Assembly: GCA_038229875.1 (NCBI GenBank)
Contig: JBBROA010000002.1
Span: 1,713 to 65,712 of the forward strand
Length of the DNA stretch: 64,000 nucleotides
Direction: 5' to 3'
From: Thermoanaerobaculia bacterium
GTDB taxonomy: Bacteria; Acidobacteriota; Thermoanaerobaculia; UBA5066; Gp7-AA6
The translations under genes and the position numbers were made by a program. Under the pieces are notes generated by a model. That model made no database searches, was not told the origin of the DNA, and saw only the letters and a program-made list of their open reading frames with translations. Below, in pieces: positions 1-12,251 of the stretch (position 1 is its first letter; each line of letters starts with the position of its first letter).

Positions 1-3983
<3,983 letters not shown>

Positions 3984-3996
3984 GGACGGTCGCCTG

Positions 3997-5061
3997 GTGG
4001 ACGGTGGCCTGGTGAGCCCGGCCCGCAGCTCCGGCGCGCTCGCCTGCTTCGGCAGAGGACTGAGGCTCTCCCTTTCGAAGCCCTATCTCGCCGTTTCCCT
4101 GTGGCTCATCCAGCTCCTCCTCGCGTCGGTGCTGATCCTGCCGGTCTCGAACACTCTGCACGACCTGCTCGACGACTCCCCGGCGGCCAGCCGGATGGTG
4201 GCGAACCCGGATCTGGGATGGTGGGAAACGCTTCTGCGGACGCATCCCGATCTCCTCGGCAGTTTTCCGGACTTGCTCACCGGGCTCCTGACTCCCGAGG
4301 GCGTCACGGCTTCCAAGCTCGGCGGGCTGCATGGCATCGGCGCGACGGCCGTCTCCCTGGGGCTCCTCGCGATCGTGCTCCACGCGTTCGCGCTCGGCGG
4401 CGTCCTGGGGACGCTCCGGGAGCCGCACGGATCTCTCGTGACGTTCGGCCGGGAGGGGATGCGGCGCTTTCCGGCGTTCCTGGCGTTCACGCTGGCGGCG
4501 CTTGCGGCCGCTCTGTTCGCCTACCGCTGGGTGTGGATCGAGAGCGGAGTCGCCCTGCACGACCGTATGCGAGACCTGCAGAGCGAGCGGCAGGCGCTCG
4601 CGATCACGCTGGCGCGGCTCATCCTGCTCGCGCTCGTCCTCGCGACGATCAAGCTGGTGGCCGACTCGGTGCGCACCGTCTGGGTGGCGCGGCCCGATCT
4701 CCCGCCGATCTCGCGGTTCTTTGCCGGCATCGCGGGAGCGCTTTCGCGTCCGCTGCGGCTCTTCGGCGTGCTCCTCTCGGCGCTCGTCGCCATCCTGACG
4801 CTCTACGCGATCTGGATCGTCGCCGATCCGTCGGCGGGCGGAGAGGCGAGATTCGCGCTCGTCCCGCTGATCCTGACGCAGCAGGTCTTCGTCTTTCTTC
4901 GGCTGTTGATCAAGGTCGGGTATTACGCGGGGATCTCGGAGGCGCTGACGCGCACCCCGTCCCCCGAATACTCGTACGTCGCTGCGCCGCCGCCTCCCCC
5001 GTCACCGCGCCCGGCCGGCAACGACGAACCCGCTCTCGAGAACCAGGCCGGCGCCGTCTAG
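3997..5061 (+). CDS. hypothetical polytopic membrane protein with a Pro-rich C-terminal tail
   Basis: Track ORF with a GTG start. It has several hydrophobic helices and a PPPPPSPRP tail. It overlaps the convergent YdjM-like gene by about 60 nt, so the ends are uncertain. Confidence 0.5.
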   Translation: MDGGLVSPARSSGALACFGRGLRLSLSKPYLAVSLWLIQLLLASVLILPVSNTLHDLLDDSPAASRMVANPDLGWWETLLRTHPDLLGSFPDLLTGLLTPEGVTASKLGGLHGIGATAVSLGLLAIVLHAFALGGVLGTLREPHGSLVTFGREGMRRFPAFLAFTLAALAAALFAYRWVWIESGVALHDRMRDLQSERQALAITLARLILLALVLATIKLVADSVRTVWVARPDLPPISRFFAGIAGALSRPLRLFGVLLSALVAILTLYAIWIVADPSAGGEARFALVPLILTQQVFVFLRLLIKVGYYAGISEALTRTPSPEYSYVAAPPPPPSPRPAGNDEPALENQAGAV

Positions 5062-6060
5062 CCGCACGCGGTAGACGAAGGGCTGGCGGGTGTACTCGCC
5101 GTTTTTTCCGCGCGACCACGGCCCCGTGAAAAACGGCAGGAACCGGAGGTCCTCGAACGTCACCACCGCGCCGCCGTCGGGCGAGGCCGTCACCGTCTCG
5201 AGAGGAAAGCGGGCGAACGCCAGGTACGTCTGCACGTCCGGCAGCGCTCGCGCGCGACGAAGCGGGACGGAGTCGGGAGGCCGGTCGAAGCTGCGGATTC
5301 GCGCTCTCTCGGGCGGCGGATAGAAGTCGGGCAGGCGGCGAAGCGCCTCGGACAGCCGATCCGGAACGTGCGGCATGGGCACCGACCGGGCGAACGGTCC
5401 GATGTCGAAAAAGCAGGCGTGGACCGACCCGGCGTGCTCCGAGAGCGCGAGCCAGCGGAAGGGGGAAAAAAGCTGGGGCATGACGGCGACGACGGCGCCC
5501 GGCGGCGGCCGGTCGATGCGGCGCCACGCTTCGAGCGCCCCGCCGTGCAGCACGGCGCAGAAGGCGATGTAAGAGGCGAGCGCCCCGCAGCCCCACGCCG
5601 CGATCTTGCGGCCGCTCGCCGGACGGACGAGTGTCAGGAGAAGCGTCACGAAACCAATTCCGGAAAAGAAGAGGTCGATGATGAAGAGGAGATCGAGCGA
5701 GTAGCGGGTCCTGCTGAACGGCGTGAAGAACATCGTCCCGAATGACGTGATCCAGTCGAAGAGGATGTGGGACGCGATCCCGACGGCCGCGAACATCCAG
5801 AGGTCGAGGAATCTCGCCTTTCGAAAAAAAAGCCGCGCGAGCGCCGCGACCCCGACGGCGAACAGCGGGAGGTAGACGAAGGAGTGACTCCATCCCCTGT
5901 GATTGCGGAGATAGTCGACCTGCGAGCCCAAAAAAAACGTGTCCGCGTCCGGCAGCATCGCGGCGAGAAAGCCGATCCAGAGCGCGGCGCGCGCCCCGGG
6001 GCGGGACGTCATTGATCGCGTGAGCATCGCTCCCACGAGGCCGTGGCTCGGCGTATCCAT
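5002..6060 (-). CDS. YdjM/DUF457-family membrane-bound metal-dependent hydrolase
   Basis: MDTPSHGLVGAML...DADTFF...NHRGWSHS matches the YdjM family pattern. It has multiple TM helices. Confidence 0.72.
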   Translation of the reverse strand: MDTPSHGLVGAMLTRSMTSRPGARAALWIGFLAAMLPDADTFFLGSQVDYLRNHRGWSHSFVYLPLFAVGVAALARLFFRKARFLDLWMFAAVGIASHILFDWITSFGTMFFTPFSRTRYSLDLLFIIDLFFSGIGFVTLLLTLVRPASGRKIAAWGCGALASYIAFCAVLHGGALEAWRRIDRPPPGAVVAVMPQLFSPFRWLALSEHAGSVHACFFDIGPFARSVPMPHVPDRLSEALRRLPDFYPPPERARIRSFDRPPDSVPLRRARALPDVQTYLAFARFPLETVTASPDGGAVVTFEDLRFLPFFTGPWSRGKNGEYTRQPFVYRVRLDGAGLVLESGFVVAGRAR

Positions 6061-6089
6061 GCGCGGCGGATGATAATCTCGCGCCCGTT

Positions 6090-6824
6090 TTGGCCCCGCA
6101 GTCCGAGCAGACGCTCCGGGATCGCGTGGCGCTCGTCACGGGCGCCTCGTCCGGCCAGGGCCGCGCGTTCGCGGAGGGGCTCGCGCGCGCCGGCGCCAGA
6201 GTCTTCGCGGTCGCCCGGCGGGAAGAGCTGCTCCGCTCGCTCGTCACCGAGATTTGCGATTCGGGCGGTGAGGCCGCGTATCACGTCGTCGACGTGCGCT
6301 CCATTCCCGCCGTTTTCGACCTCGTGGACGTCGTGCTCGCCCGCTATCGCCGCATCGACATCCTGATCAACGCCGCGGGCATCGGCTACCGCGCTCCGTT
6401 GATCGAGCTCAAGCGGTCGCAGATCGAGGAGATGCTCGCGACCGATCTTGCCGGAGCGATCTACCTGACCTCGGCGGCGCTGCCGTCACTGATCAAGAGC
6501 GCTCCCGCGCACATCGTGAACGTGGCCTCGATCGCGGGGCTCGAGGGGTTCGCCGAGGGCTCGGTCTACTGCGCCGCGAAACACGGGCTCGTGGGCTTCA
6601 CGCGCGCGCTCGCGCAGGAATTGAAACCGCAGGGGGTGCGCGTGACGGCGCTCTGCTCCGGGTCGGTCGACACCGAGTTCTTCGACCGTTTCCGTCCGAC
6701 CACGGAGAAGAGCCAGCGACTGCGGCCGGAAGATGTGTTGGCCGCGCTCCTCGGAATCCTGACGTCGCCGCCGCACGTGCTGCATGGCGAAGTCGTGCTG
6801 CGGCCGAGGGTCGTTCCGGCCTAG
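6090..6824 (+). CDS. SDR-family short-chain dehydrogenase/reductase
   Basis: VALVTGASSGQGRA is the TGxxxGxG motif; NAAG; YCAAKHG is the YxxxK motif. The TTG start at 6090 could instead be GTG at 6126. A TGATAAT -10-like box lies at about 6071. Confidence 0.85.
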   Translation: MAPQSEQTLRDRVALVTGASSGQGRAFAEGLARAGARVFAVARREELLRSLVTEICDSGGEAAYHVVDVRSIPAVFDLVDVVLARYRRIDILINAAGIGYRAPLIELKRSQIEEMLATDLAGAIYLTSAALPSLIKSAPAHIVNVASIAGLEGFAEGSVYCAAKHGLVGFTRALAQELKPQGVRVTALCSGSVDTEFFDRFRPTTEKSQRLRPEDVLAALLGILTSPPHVLHGEVVLRPRVVPA

Positions 6825-6940
6825 TCACCCCGGCGTGCCGACGGCGTTGCGATTCGATGCCGGAAGGGCGCGCCTTCACGGACCTGCCTCGCCCCGCTCG
6901 GCCCCGGCCCGCTGATTGGCCCGCCCCTATAATCGAGGGC

Positions 6941-7633
6941 ATGAGCTCCGTCCTTCTCGTCGACGACACCGGCCTCTTCGACGCTGTCGCCGACGACATC
7001 GCGCGACGGACCCACTGCCGCCCGCTGCGCGCCAGGAACGGGACGGAGGCGCTCGCGACCGCGCGGCGCGAGAAGCCGGACCTGATCTTCCTGGACGCCG
7101 AAATGTCGGGGATGACAGGGATCGACGTGTGTCGGGTACTGAAGGCGGACTCTCACCTCGGGCACCGTCCGGTCGTGGTCGCGGCGGCGACGCCGATCTC
7201 GGCGGACGCGGCCCGCCGCGCCGGTGCGGACGAGTGCATCGACAAGCCCTTCGACACCCCGGTCGTCTTCGACACGATGCGGCGGTACCTTCAGCTCTCG
7301 CCTCGCGACGCGGCGCGGGCGGCGGTCGAGTGGTCGGTGACGTTCTGGCGCGACGGCGCGCAGCACGAGGGCACTCTCCGCGACCTCTCGCGCGGCGGTT
7401 TCTTCATCCGGACTCCCGTGCGCCAACCAGTCGGCGCCAGGCTCGAGATCTCGTTCGAGCTGCCCGGACAGAAAGGCCGGACGGTCGTCGCGGAGGCGAT
7501 CGTGGTGCGCGTCGGGCAGGAATCGGACCGCGGACTCGGGTGCCGGTTCTTCCGGCTGACCGCGGGGTCGCGGACGCACCTCGAGGAGTGCCTGCGGCTG
7601 CTGGAGACGCCGGTGCCGGCGGGAAAGCGCTAG
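6941..7633 (+). CDS. response regulator: receiver domain fused to a C-terminal PilZ (c-di-GMP-binding) domain
   Basis: MSSVLLVDDTG...DLIFLDAEMSGMTG...KP is the receiver part. RDGAQHEGTLRDLSRGGFFIRT carries the RxxxR and DxSxGG PilZ motifs. A TATAAT lies 7 nt before the ATG, so a leaderless start is possible. Confidence 0.8.
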   Translation: MSSVLLVDDTGLFDAVADDIARRTHCRPLRARNGTEALATARREKPDLIFLDAEMSGMTGIDVCRVLKADSHLGHRPVVVAAATPISADAARRAGADECIDKPFDTPVVFDTMRRYLQLSPRDAARAAVEWSVTFWRDGAQHEGTLRDLSRGGFFIRTPVRQPVGARLEISFELPGQKGRTVVAEAIVVRVGQESDRGLGCRFFRLTAGSRTHLEECLRLLETPVPAGKR

Positions 7634-7664
7634 CGGGTCTTCCGCTGACGGAACCCCCCGCCGG

Positions 7665-8117
7665 TCAGACGATCCTCTCCCCCGGCCCCGTTCCCTGCCC
7701 GAGGTCGATCAGCTCGATGCCCGCTTCCCGGGCGACCTGCAGAGACCGCTCGTCCCGGTAGAATTCGCCGTAGTAAACCCGCGCGATCCCGGAGTTCGCG
7801 ATCAGCTTGAAACAGGGCCAGCACGGACTGGCGGTCGTGTACAGCTCCGCGTCGCGGATCGCCACCCCGTTCCGCGCGGCCTGGAGGAGCGCATTCGCCT
7901 CGGCGTGCACGGTCGAGACGCAGTGGCCGTCCTCGACGACGCAGCCGACGTCCTCGCAGTGCGGAAGCCCGCGGATCGAGCCGTTGTAGCCGGTCGAGAG
8001 GATCGTGCGGTCGCGCACGATGACGGCGCCCACGTGCTTCCGTTCGCACGTGGCCCGCGTGGCCACCTGCCGCGCGATGTTCATGAAGTACGTATGCCAG
8101 CCGACGCGTTCGTTCAT
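7665..8117 (-). CDS. dCMP/cytidine-deoxycytidylate deaminase
   Basis: MNERVGWHTYFMNIARQVA...CVSTVHAEANAL...SPCWPCFKLI is the zinc-binding H-A-E / PCxxC signature. The track ORF 7665..9323 is this gene with a spurious upstream read-through. Confidence 0.85.
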   Translation of the reverse strand: MNERVGWHTYFMNIARQVATRATCERKHVGAVIVRDRTILSTGYNGSIRGLPHCEDVGCVVEDGHCVSTVHAEANALLQAARNGVAIRDAELYTTASPCWPCFKLIANSGIARVYYGEFYRDERSLQVAREAGIELIDLGQGTGPGERIV

Positions 8118-8246
8118 GGGCCAATTATGTTCCGACACCGCCGTACGCGAGCCGGGGGTTTCGGCGCCGGGCGCCGTGTCACCATCGCTCTTTGCCTCTC
8201 GGCCTTCGCCCTCCGCCGGCAAGGGCGCGATAGAATTGAGGGTCTT

Positions 8247-9470
8247 ATGGACAAACCCCGGCGCGTCGTCGTCACCGGTCTGGGCGCCGTGACGTCGATC
8301 GGCACGAACGTGACGGATTTCTGGAAAGCGCTCCTCGAGGGGACGTGCGGCATCCGGCCGTTTTCCCTGTTCGATCCTTCCGGTTACCGCACACAGACCG
8401 CGGCGCAGGTCCTGGAGATTCCGGACGGGTTTCTCTCCGCTTCGGAAAGAAAGCGCACGTCCCGCGCCGATCGAATGGGTCTCGCGGCGGCGCGCGAGGC
8501 CATCGCGCAGTCGGGCCTCGATCTCTCGCGGGAGAATCCTGCCCGCATCGGCGTCATCCTGGGAGGCGGGACGTCGGGCCTCCTCGATTCTGAGGCGTAT
8601 TACGAGCAGCACCTTCACGGAAAGAAGGGCCGGCCCTCGCACGTCCTGAACCACCTGCCCGACGCCATTACGGATCGCGTGGCGCAGCGGTTTCGCGTCG
8701 AAGGCATCAAGTCGACGATTACGACGGCCTGCTCTTCGTCGGCAAACGCGATGGGATTCGCGCACGACGCGATCGCGGCGGGGCTGGCGGACGTCATCAT
8801 CACCGGGGGATCCGACGTCCTCGCGCGGCTCACCTACGGCGGGTTCAACTCGCTGCGCTCGGTTGATCCCGAGCCGTGCCGCCCCTTCGACCGGGAGCGC
8901 CGGGGCCTCTCGATCGGCGAGGCGGCCGGCATCCTCGTGTTCGAGGAGTGGGAGCGGGCGAAACGGCGCGGCGCCCCGATCCTGGCGGAGTTCCTGGGCT
9001 ACGGCGTCACCTCGGATGCGCACCACATGACCGCGCCCGACCCGAGCGGGGCCGCCGGAGGGCGCACCGTCCGCTCCGCGCTCGCGGCCGCCGGGATCAA
9101 CGCGGAAGACGTCGATTACGTCAACGCCCATGGAACCGCGACGCCGCAGAACGACTCCGCGGAGACGGCGGCGTTGAAGATGGGACTGGGCGGCCGGGCG
9201 CGCGAAATCCCGATCTCCTCGATCAAGTCGATGATCGGTCATTGCCTCTGCGCGTCGGGGGCGATCGAGGCGGTCGCGACCGTTCTCACCGTCCGGGACG
9301 GTAAGATTCCGCCGACGATTCACTACGACAACCCCGATCCCGCCTGCGATCTCGATTACGTTCCGAACGCCGCGCGGGAAGGCGACATCGAGGTCGCACT
9401 CTCCGATTCGTTTGCGTTCGGCGGCAACAGCTCCGTCGTGGTTTTCGCGCGGGAAGCCGGCGTTTACTGA
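8247..9470 (+). CDS. beta-ketoacyl-ACP synthase, FabF/KAS II type (catalytic Cys-His-His present)
   Basis: MDKPRRVVVTGLGAVTSIG; Cys in TTACSSSANAMG; His in VNAHGTATPQND; His in SMIGHCLCASGAIE; ends FAFGGNSSVVVF. Confidence 0.9.
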   Translation: MDKPRRVVVTGLGAVTSIGTNVTDFWKALLEGTCGIRPFSLFDPSGYRTQTAAQVLEIPDGFLSASERKRTSRADRMGLAAAREAIAQSGLDLSRENPARIGVILGGGTSGLLDSEAYYEQHLHGKKGRPSHVLNHLPDAITDRVAQRFRVEGIKSTITTACSSSANAMGFAHDAIAAGLADVIITGGSDVLARLTYGGFNSLRSVDPEPCRPFDRERRGLSIGEAAGILVFEEWERAKRRGAPILAEFLGYGVTSDAHHMTAPDPSGAAGGRTVRSALAAAGINAEDVDYVNAHGTATPQNDSAETAALKMGLGGRAREIPISSIKSMIGHCLCASGAIEAVATVLTVRDGKIPPTIHYDNPDPACDLDYVPNAAREGDIEVALSDSFAFGGNSSVVVFAREAGVY

Positions 9471-9472
9471 GC

Positions 9473-10609
9473 TTGGCGTCGAGAGGGTGGATCACGGGGA
9501 CGGGCGCCGTCTCGCCCCTGGGGCGCGGCTCGCAGGAGTTCTATCGGCGCCTCCTCGCCGGCGAGACGGCCGTGCGCCCGATGACGGCGGAGGAACGCGC
9601 CGGGCTGCAGGCGACCGAAGTGGCGCGCTGCGACGGTTTTTCGCCGCAGCCGGAGATCCCCCCCATGAAGGCCCGCCGCTTCGACCGCGGAAGCCAGTTC
9701 GCGATCGTGTCCTGTCTCGAGGCGATTCGCGAGGCCGGCTTCAACATCGCCGACGCTCCCGAGGAGATCGGGATCGCAATGGGAACCGGGTCGGCCGGAG
9801 CGGGCGCGTTGACGGAGTTTCTGCGGGTGCTGTTCCTCGAATCGCCGGAGGCCGCGCCGCCGTTCCATTTTCCCAACACGGTCGCGAACGCCCCCGCCTC
9901 GCAGGTCTCCATCGAGCTGAAGCTGTTCGGGCCGAACGTCACGATCACCCAGAAGGATCCTTCCGCATTGAACGCGCTTCTGTACGCGGTTCTGGCGCTC
10001 GAATCCGGGAGGGCGCGCGCGATGCTGGCCGGCGCGGTCGACGAATGGAACGCAATCTACGCCCTCGGATTCGACCGGGTCGGCGCGCTGCGCGGCGAGA
10101 AGCGGCGCTCGGGCATCGTGCAGGGTGAAGGCGGCTTTGCGATGCTCGTCGAGACCGAGGCGGCCGCGCGCCTCCGGGGCGTCCGGCCTCTGGCGAGCCT
10201 CGCGGGAATCGGGTTCGCGGGGGTGCCCACGGACCCGTACCGCTTCGCTCCGGATCCTGCCGCGATCCGCCGGACGATCCAGGGCGCGCTCGACGACGCC
10301 CGCGTCGCGCCCTCAGAGGTCGGGCTGTGGCTCCCCTCCGCAAACGGCGTCGTCGAGATGGACCGCGCGGAGGCCGACGTGATGCGGGAGATTTTCGGAG
10401 CGCCGCCTCGCGCGCTCGCCGTCAAGCACGCGATGGGCGAAGCCGCCGCGTCCGGAGGCGGGCAGCTCGTGGCGGCGACGCGAGCGATCGCGGACCCGGA
10501 CGGGCCGTTCCCGGCGGACGGACGGCCGCGGCGGGCCCTCGTCAACTCGTTCGGCGCCGGTGGAAACTTTCTCGCGGCCGTCCTGGAATCGCCGGCGGCG
10601 GCCGCGTGA
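9473..10609 (+). CDS. ketosynthase-like non-catalytic partner (chain-length-factor analogue; Cys/His/His replaced by Asp/Asn/Glu)
   Basis: TTG start 2 nt after the KS stop. KS fold (ITGTGAVSPLG...FGAGGNFLAAVLE). At the aligned catalytic positions it has TITQKDPSALNAL (C to D), LPSANGVV (H to N), and KHAMGEAAASGGG (H to E). Confidence 0.8.
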   Translation: MASRGWITGTGAVSPLGRGSQEFYRRLLAGETAVRPMTAEERAGLQATEVARCDGFSPQPEIPPMKARRFDRGSQFAIVSCLEAIREAGFNIADAPEEIGIAMGTGSAGAGALTEFLRVLFLESPEAAPPFHFPNTVANAPASQVSIELKLFGPNVTITQKDPSALNALLYAVLALESGRARAMLAGAVDEWNAIYALGFDRVGALRGEKRRSGIVQGEGGFAMLVETEAAARLRGVRPLASLAGIGFAGVPTDPYRFAPDPAAIRRTIQGALDDARVAPSEVGLWLPSANGVVEMDRAEADVMREIFGAPPRALAVKHAMGEAAASGGGQLVAATRAIADPDGPFPADGRPRRALVNSFGAGGNFLAAVLESPAAAA

Positions 10610-11076
10610 GCGCAGTTCGCTCGGGCGCCGCTCCGCTGAAAGGCTTCGAGATCACGATCCCGGTGCGATTTGCGGAGTGCGATTCCTACGCGGTCGTGTG
10701 GCACGGGCACTACGCTCTGTACCTCGAGCAGGTGAGGGAAGCCTTCACACGGCGTTTCGGGTTTACGGCCACGAAAGCGTTGTCGATCGGATACCGCGTG
10801 CCCATCACCCGGATGGACATCCGGTACCGCCGCCCGGCTCTCGCCGACACGGACATCCGCGTCTGCGCCCGTCTTCGACCCCCCGCGGTCGCGCGGCTCG
10901 AGATCGACTACGAGATCCGCGATGCGGGAGGCGAGCTCCTCGCGAGCGCCGTGACTGAGCAGGTCGTCTTGAACGCGTCGGGAGAGCTCCTCCTGGCGCT
11001 TCCGCGCGACCTCCGGACGCTGGTGTCGGAGATGGTCGCATACCAGGAAGATCAGGATAGAAAGGGGATCGCGTGA
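10606..11076 (+). CDS. 4HBT/YbgC-like hotdog-fold acyl thioesterase
   Basis: GTG start overlapping the upstream TGA (GTGA). FEITIPVRFAECDSYAVVWHGHYALYLE matches the 4HBT D-x4-V-x-H-x2-Y motif. Confidence 0.75.
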   Translation: MSAVRSGAAPLKGFEITIPVRFAECDSYAVVWHGHYALYLEQVREAFTRRFGFTATKALSIGYRVPITRMDIRYRRPALADTDIRVCARLRPPAVARLEIDYEIRDAGGELLASAVTEQVVLNASGELLLALPRDLRTLVSEMVAYQEDQDRKGIA

Positions 11077-11642
11077 AGGGGGATCGCGTGAAGGATGCTT
11101 CTCCGGGCCCCGCCGACAACGGGGCCGACGCCGCGGCGAGAAAACGGCGGTCGTGGTTCTTTCTGGCCCGCTTCCTCGGTCTGCTGATCGGCTTCGCGCT
11201 TCTCGTCTCGTGGACCCCGGTAAACGATCACGCCATCGTGCCGTTCACCGCGGGCGTCGCGCATGCATCGGCCGCGGTCTTAAACGTGCTCCAGGAGCGC
11301 GTCAGCGTCGTCGGAACGGAGATTCGGGCGTCCGGCTTCGGTGTCGACATCGAGAACGGCTGCAACGGCGTCGAGACCGCGCTGCTGTTCTGCGCGGCGG
11401 TGCTCGCCTTCCCTGCTTCCTGGAAGGCGCGGGGTATCGGTCTCCTGCTCGGCTTCGTGGCGATCCAGGGCATCAACCTCGTCCGGGTGGTCTCGCTCTT
11501 CTGGATCGGCCGCCACCACCCCGCTCTTTTCTCGAGCGCTCACACGGTCATCTGGCAGTCGGCGGTCGTCCTGGCCGGCGTCCTGCTGTTCCTCCTGTGG
11601 GCCTCCCGGCAGAAGAGCGGGGCCTCTCCCGCAAACGCGTGA
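11073..11642 (+). CDS. minimal exosortase/archaeosortase-family protein (conserved Cys core only, 189 aa)
   Basis: GTG overlapping the thioesterase TGA; an alternative GTG lies at 11088 because of a 16-bp tandem duplication. GTEIRASGFGVDIENGCNGVETALLFCAAVLAF fits the exosortase G-N-x-I-x-L-P-x-G-x-F-x-V-x-E-A-C-S-G pattern. A downstream TM helix carries the N-L-V-R (NxxR) motif. It has 4-5 TM helices. Confidence 0.6.
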   Translation: MKGDRVKDASPGPADNGADAAARKRRSWFFLARFLGLLIGFALLVSWTPVNDHAIVPFTAGVAHASAAVLNVLQERVSVVGTEIRASGFGVDIENGCNGVETALLFCAAVLAFPASWKARGIGLLLGFVAIQGINLVRVVSLFWIGRHHPALFSSAHTVIWQSAVVLAGVLLFLLWASRQKSGASPANA

Positions 11643-12223
11643 CGGTCTCCCGCGCCGCGCGACGCGCGCTCATGCGCGGAGCCGCCGGGTTCGCCGTGGG
11701 TCTGGCGCTCTGGCTCGCCCTTTCCGCGCCCTACGAGCGGGCGGTCGCCTTCGCCGCGGAAGCGCTGCTGCGGCTGGGAGAGCATCCCGCGGTCACGCGG
11801 ATAACCCCTCGCGGCGGCGAGTTCGTGATCGACCGGAGCGATTTTCCTCCAGCCGCCCCGCGCCCCGGTCTCCCCGCCGCGGATCTCCACTTCAACCTGG
11901 TGATCCTTGCCGCGCTGCTCGCCGCGCTTCCGCCAGCCAGGGGCTCGCGCGTTCTGCTTGCGTTCGCGCTGCTGTACGTCGTGCACGTCGTCGCGCTCTG
12001 CTGCCAGGTGGAATCGCTTTACGCGACGCGGCTCGGGGCCTGGAGTGAGGCAAACTACGGGGCTTTTGCGCGCAACGCGTGGGCGGCCGCTTTCCACGTG
12101 TACCAGATCGCCGGACGATTCGCAGCGCCGTTTGCAATCTGGTGGCCGCTCGCCTGGCGGGAGCCCGCGGATCCGGAAGTCAGGAAAGGTCCGGCGAGAG
12201 GGAAGAAAAAGGCGAAGAGATGA
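11639..12223 (+). CDS. hypothetical polytopic membrane protein, last gene of the KS/CLF/TE/exosortase operon
   Basis: GTG overlapping the upstream TGA (GTGA). It has 3-4 hydrophobic helices and a basic tail RKGPARGKKKAKR. I recognise no domain. Confidence 0.45.
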   Translation: MTVSRAARRALMRGAAGFAVGLALWLALSAPYERAVAFAAEALLRLGEHPAVTRITPRGGEFVIDRSDFPPAAPRPGLPAADLHFNLVILAALLAALPPARGSRVLLAFALLYVVHVVALCCQVESLYATRLGAWSEANYGAFARNAWAAAFHVYQIAGRFAAPFAIWWPLAWREPADPEVRKGPARGKKKAKR

Positions 12224-12251
12224 GGAGTCCCGGGCAACCCGGGAAAGCCGG

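Noticed and set aside
8118-9323. Upstream extension of track ORF 7665..9323 (-)
   Set aside because: The deaminase domain begins at MNERVGW (8117). The extension is antisense to the well-supported KS gene.
11639-12223. PEP-CTERM-like cargo signal in the membrane protein's basic C-terminal tail
   Set aside because: The order is TM helix, then REPADPEV, then the basic tail. A sorting signal would be motif, TM, then basic. No PEP-like tripeptide is positioned correctly.
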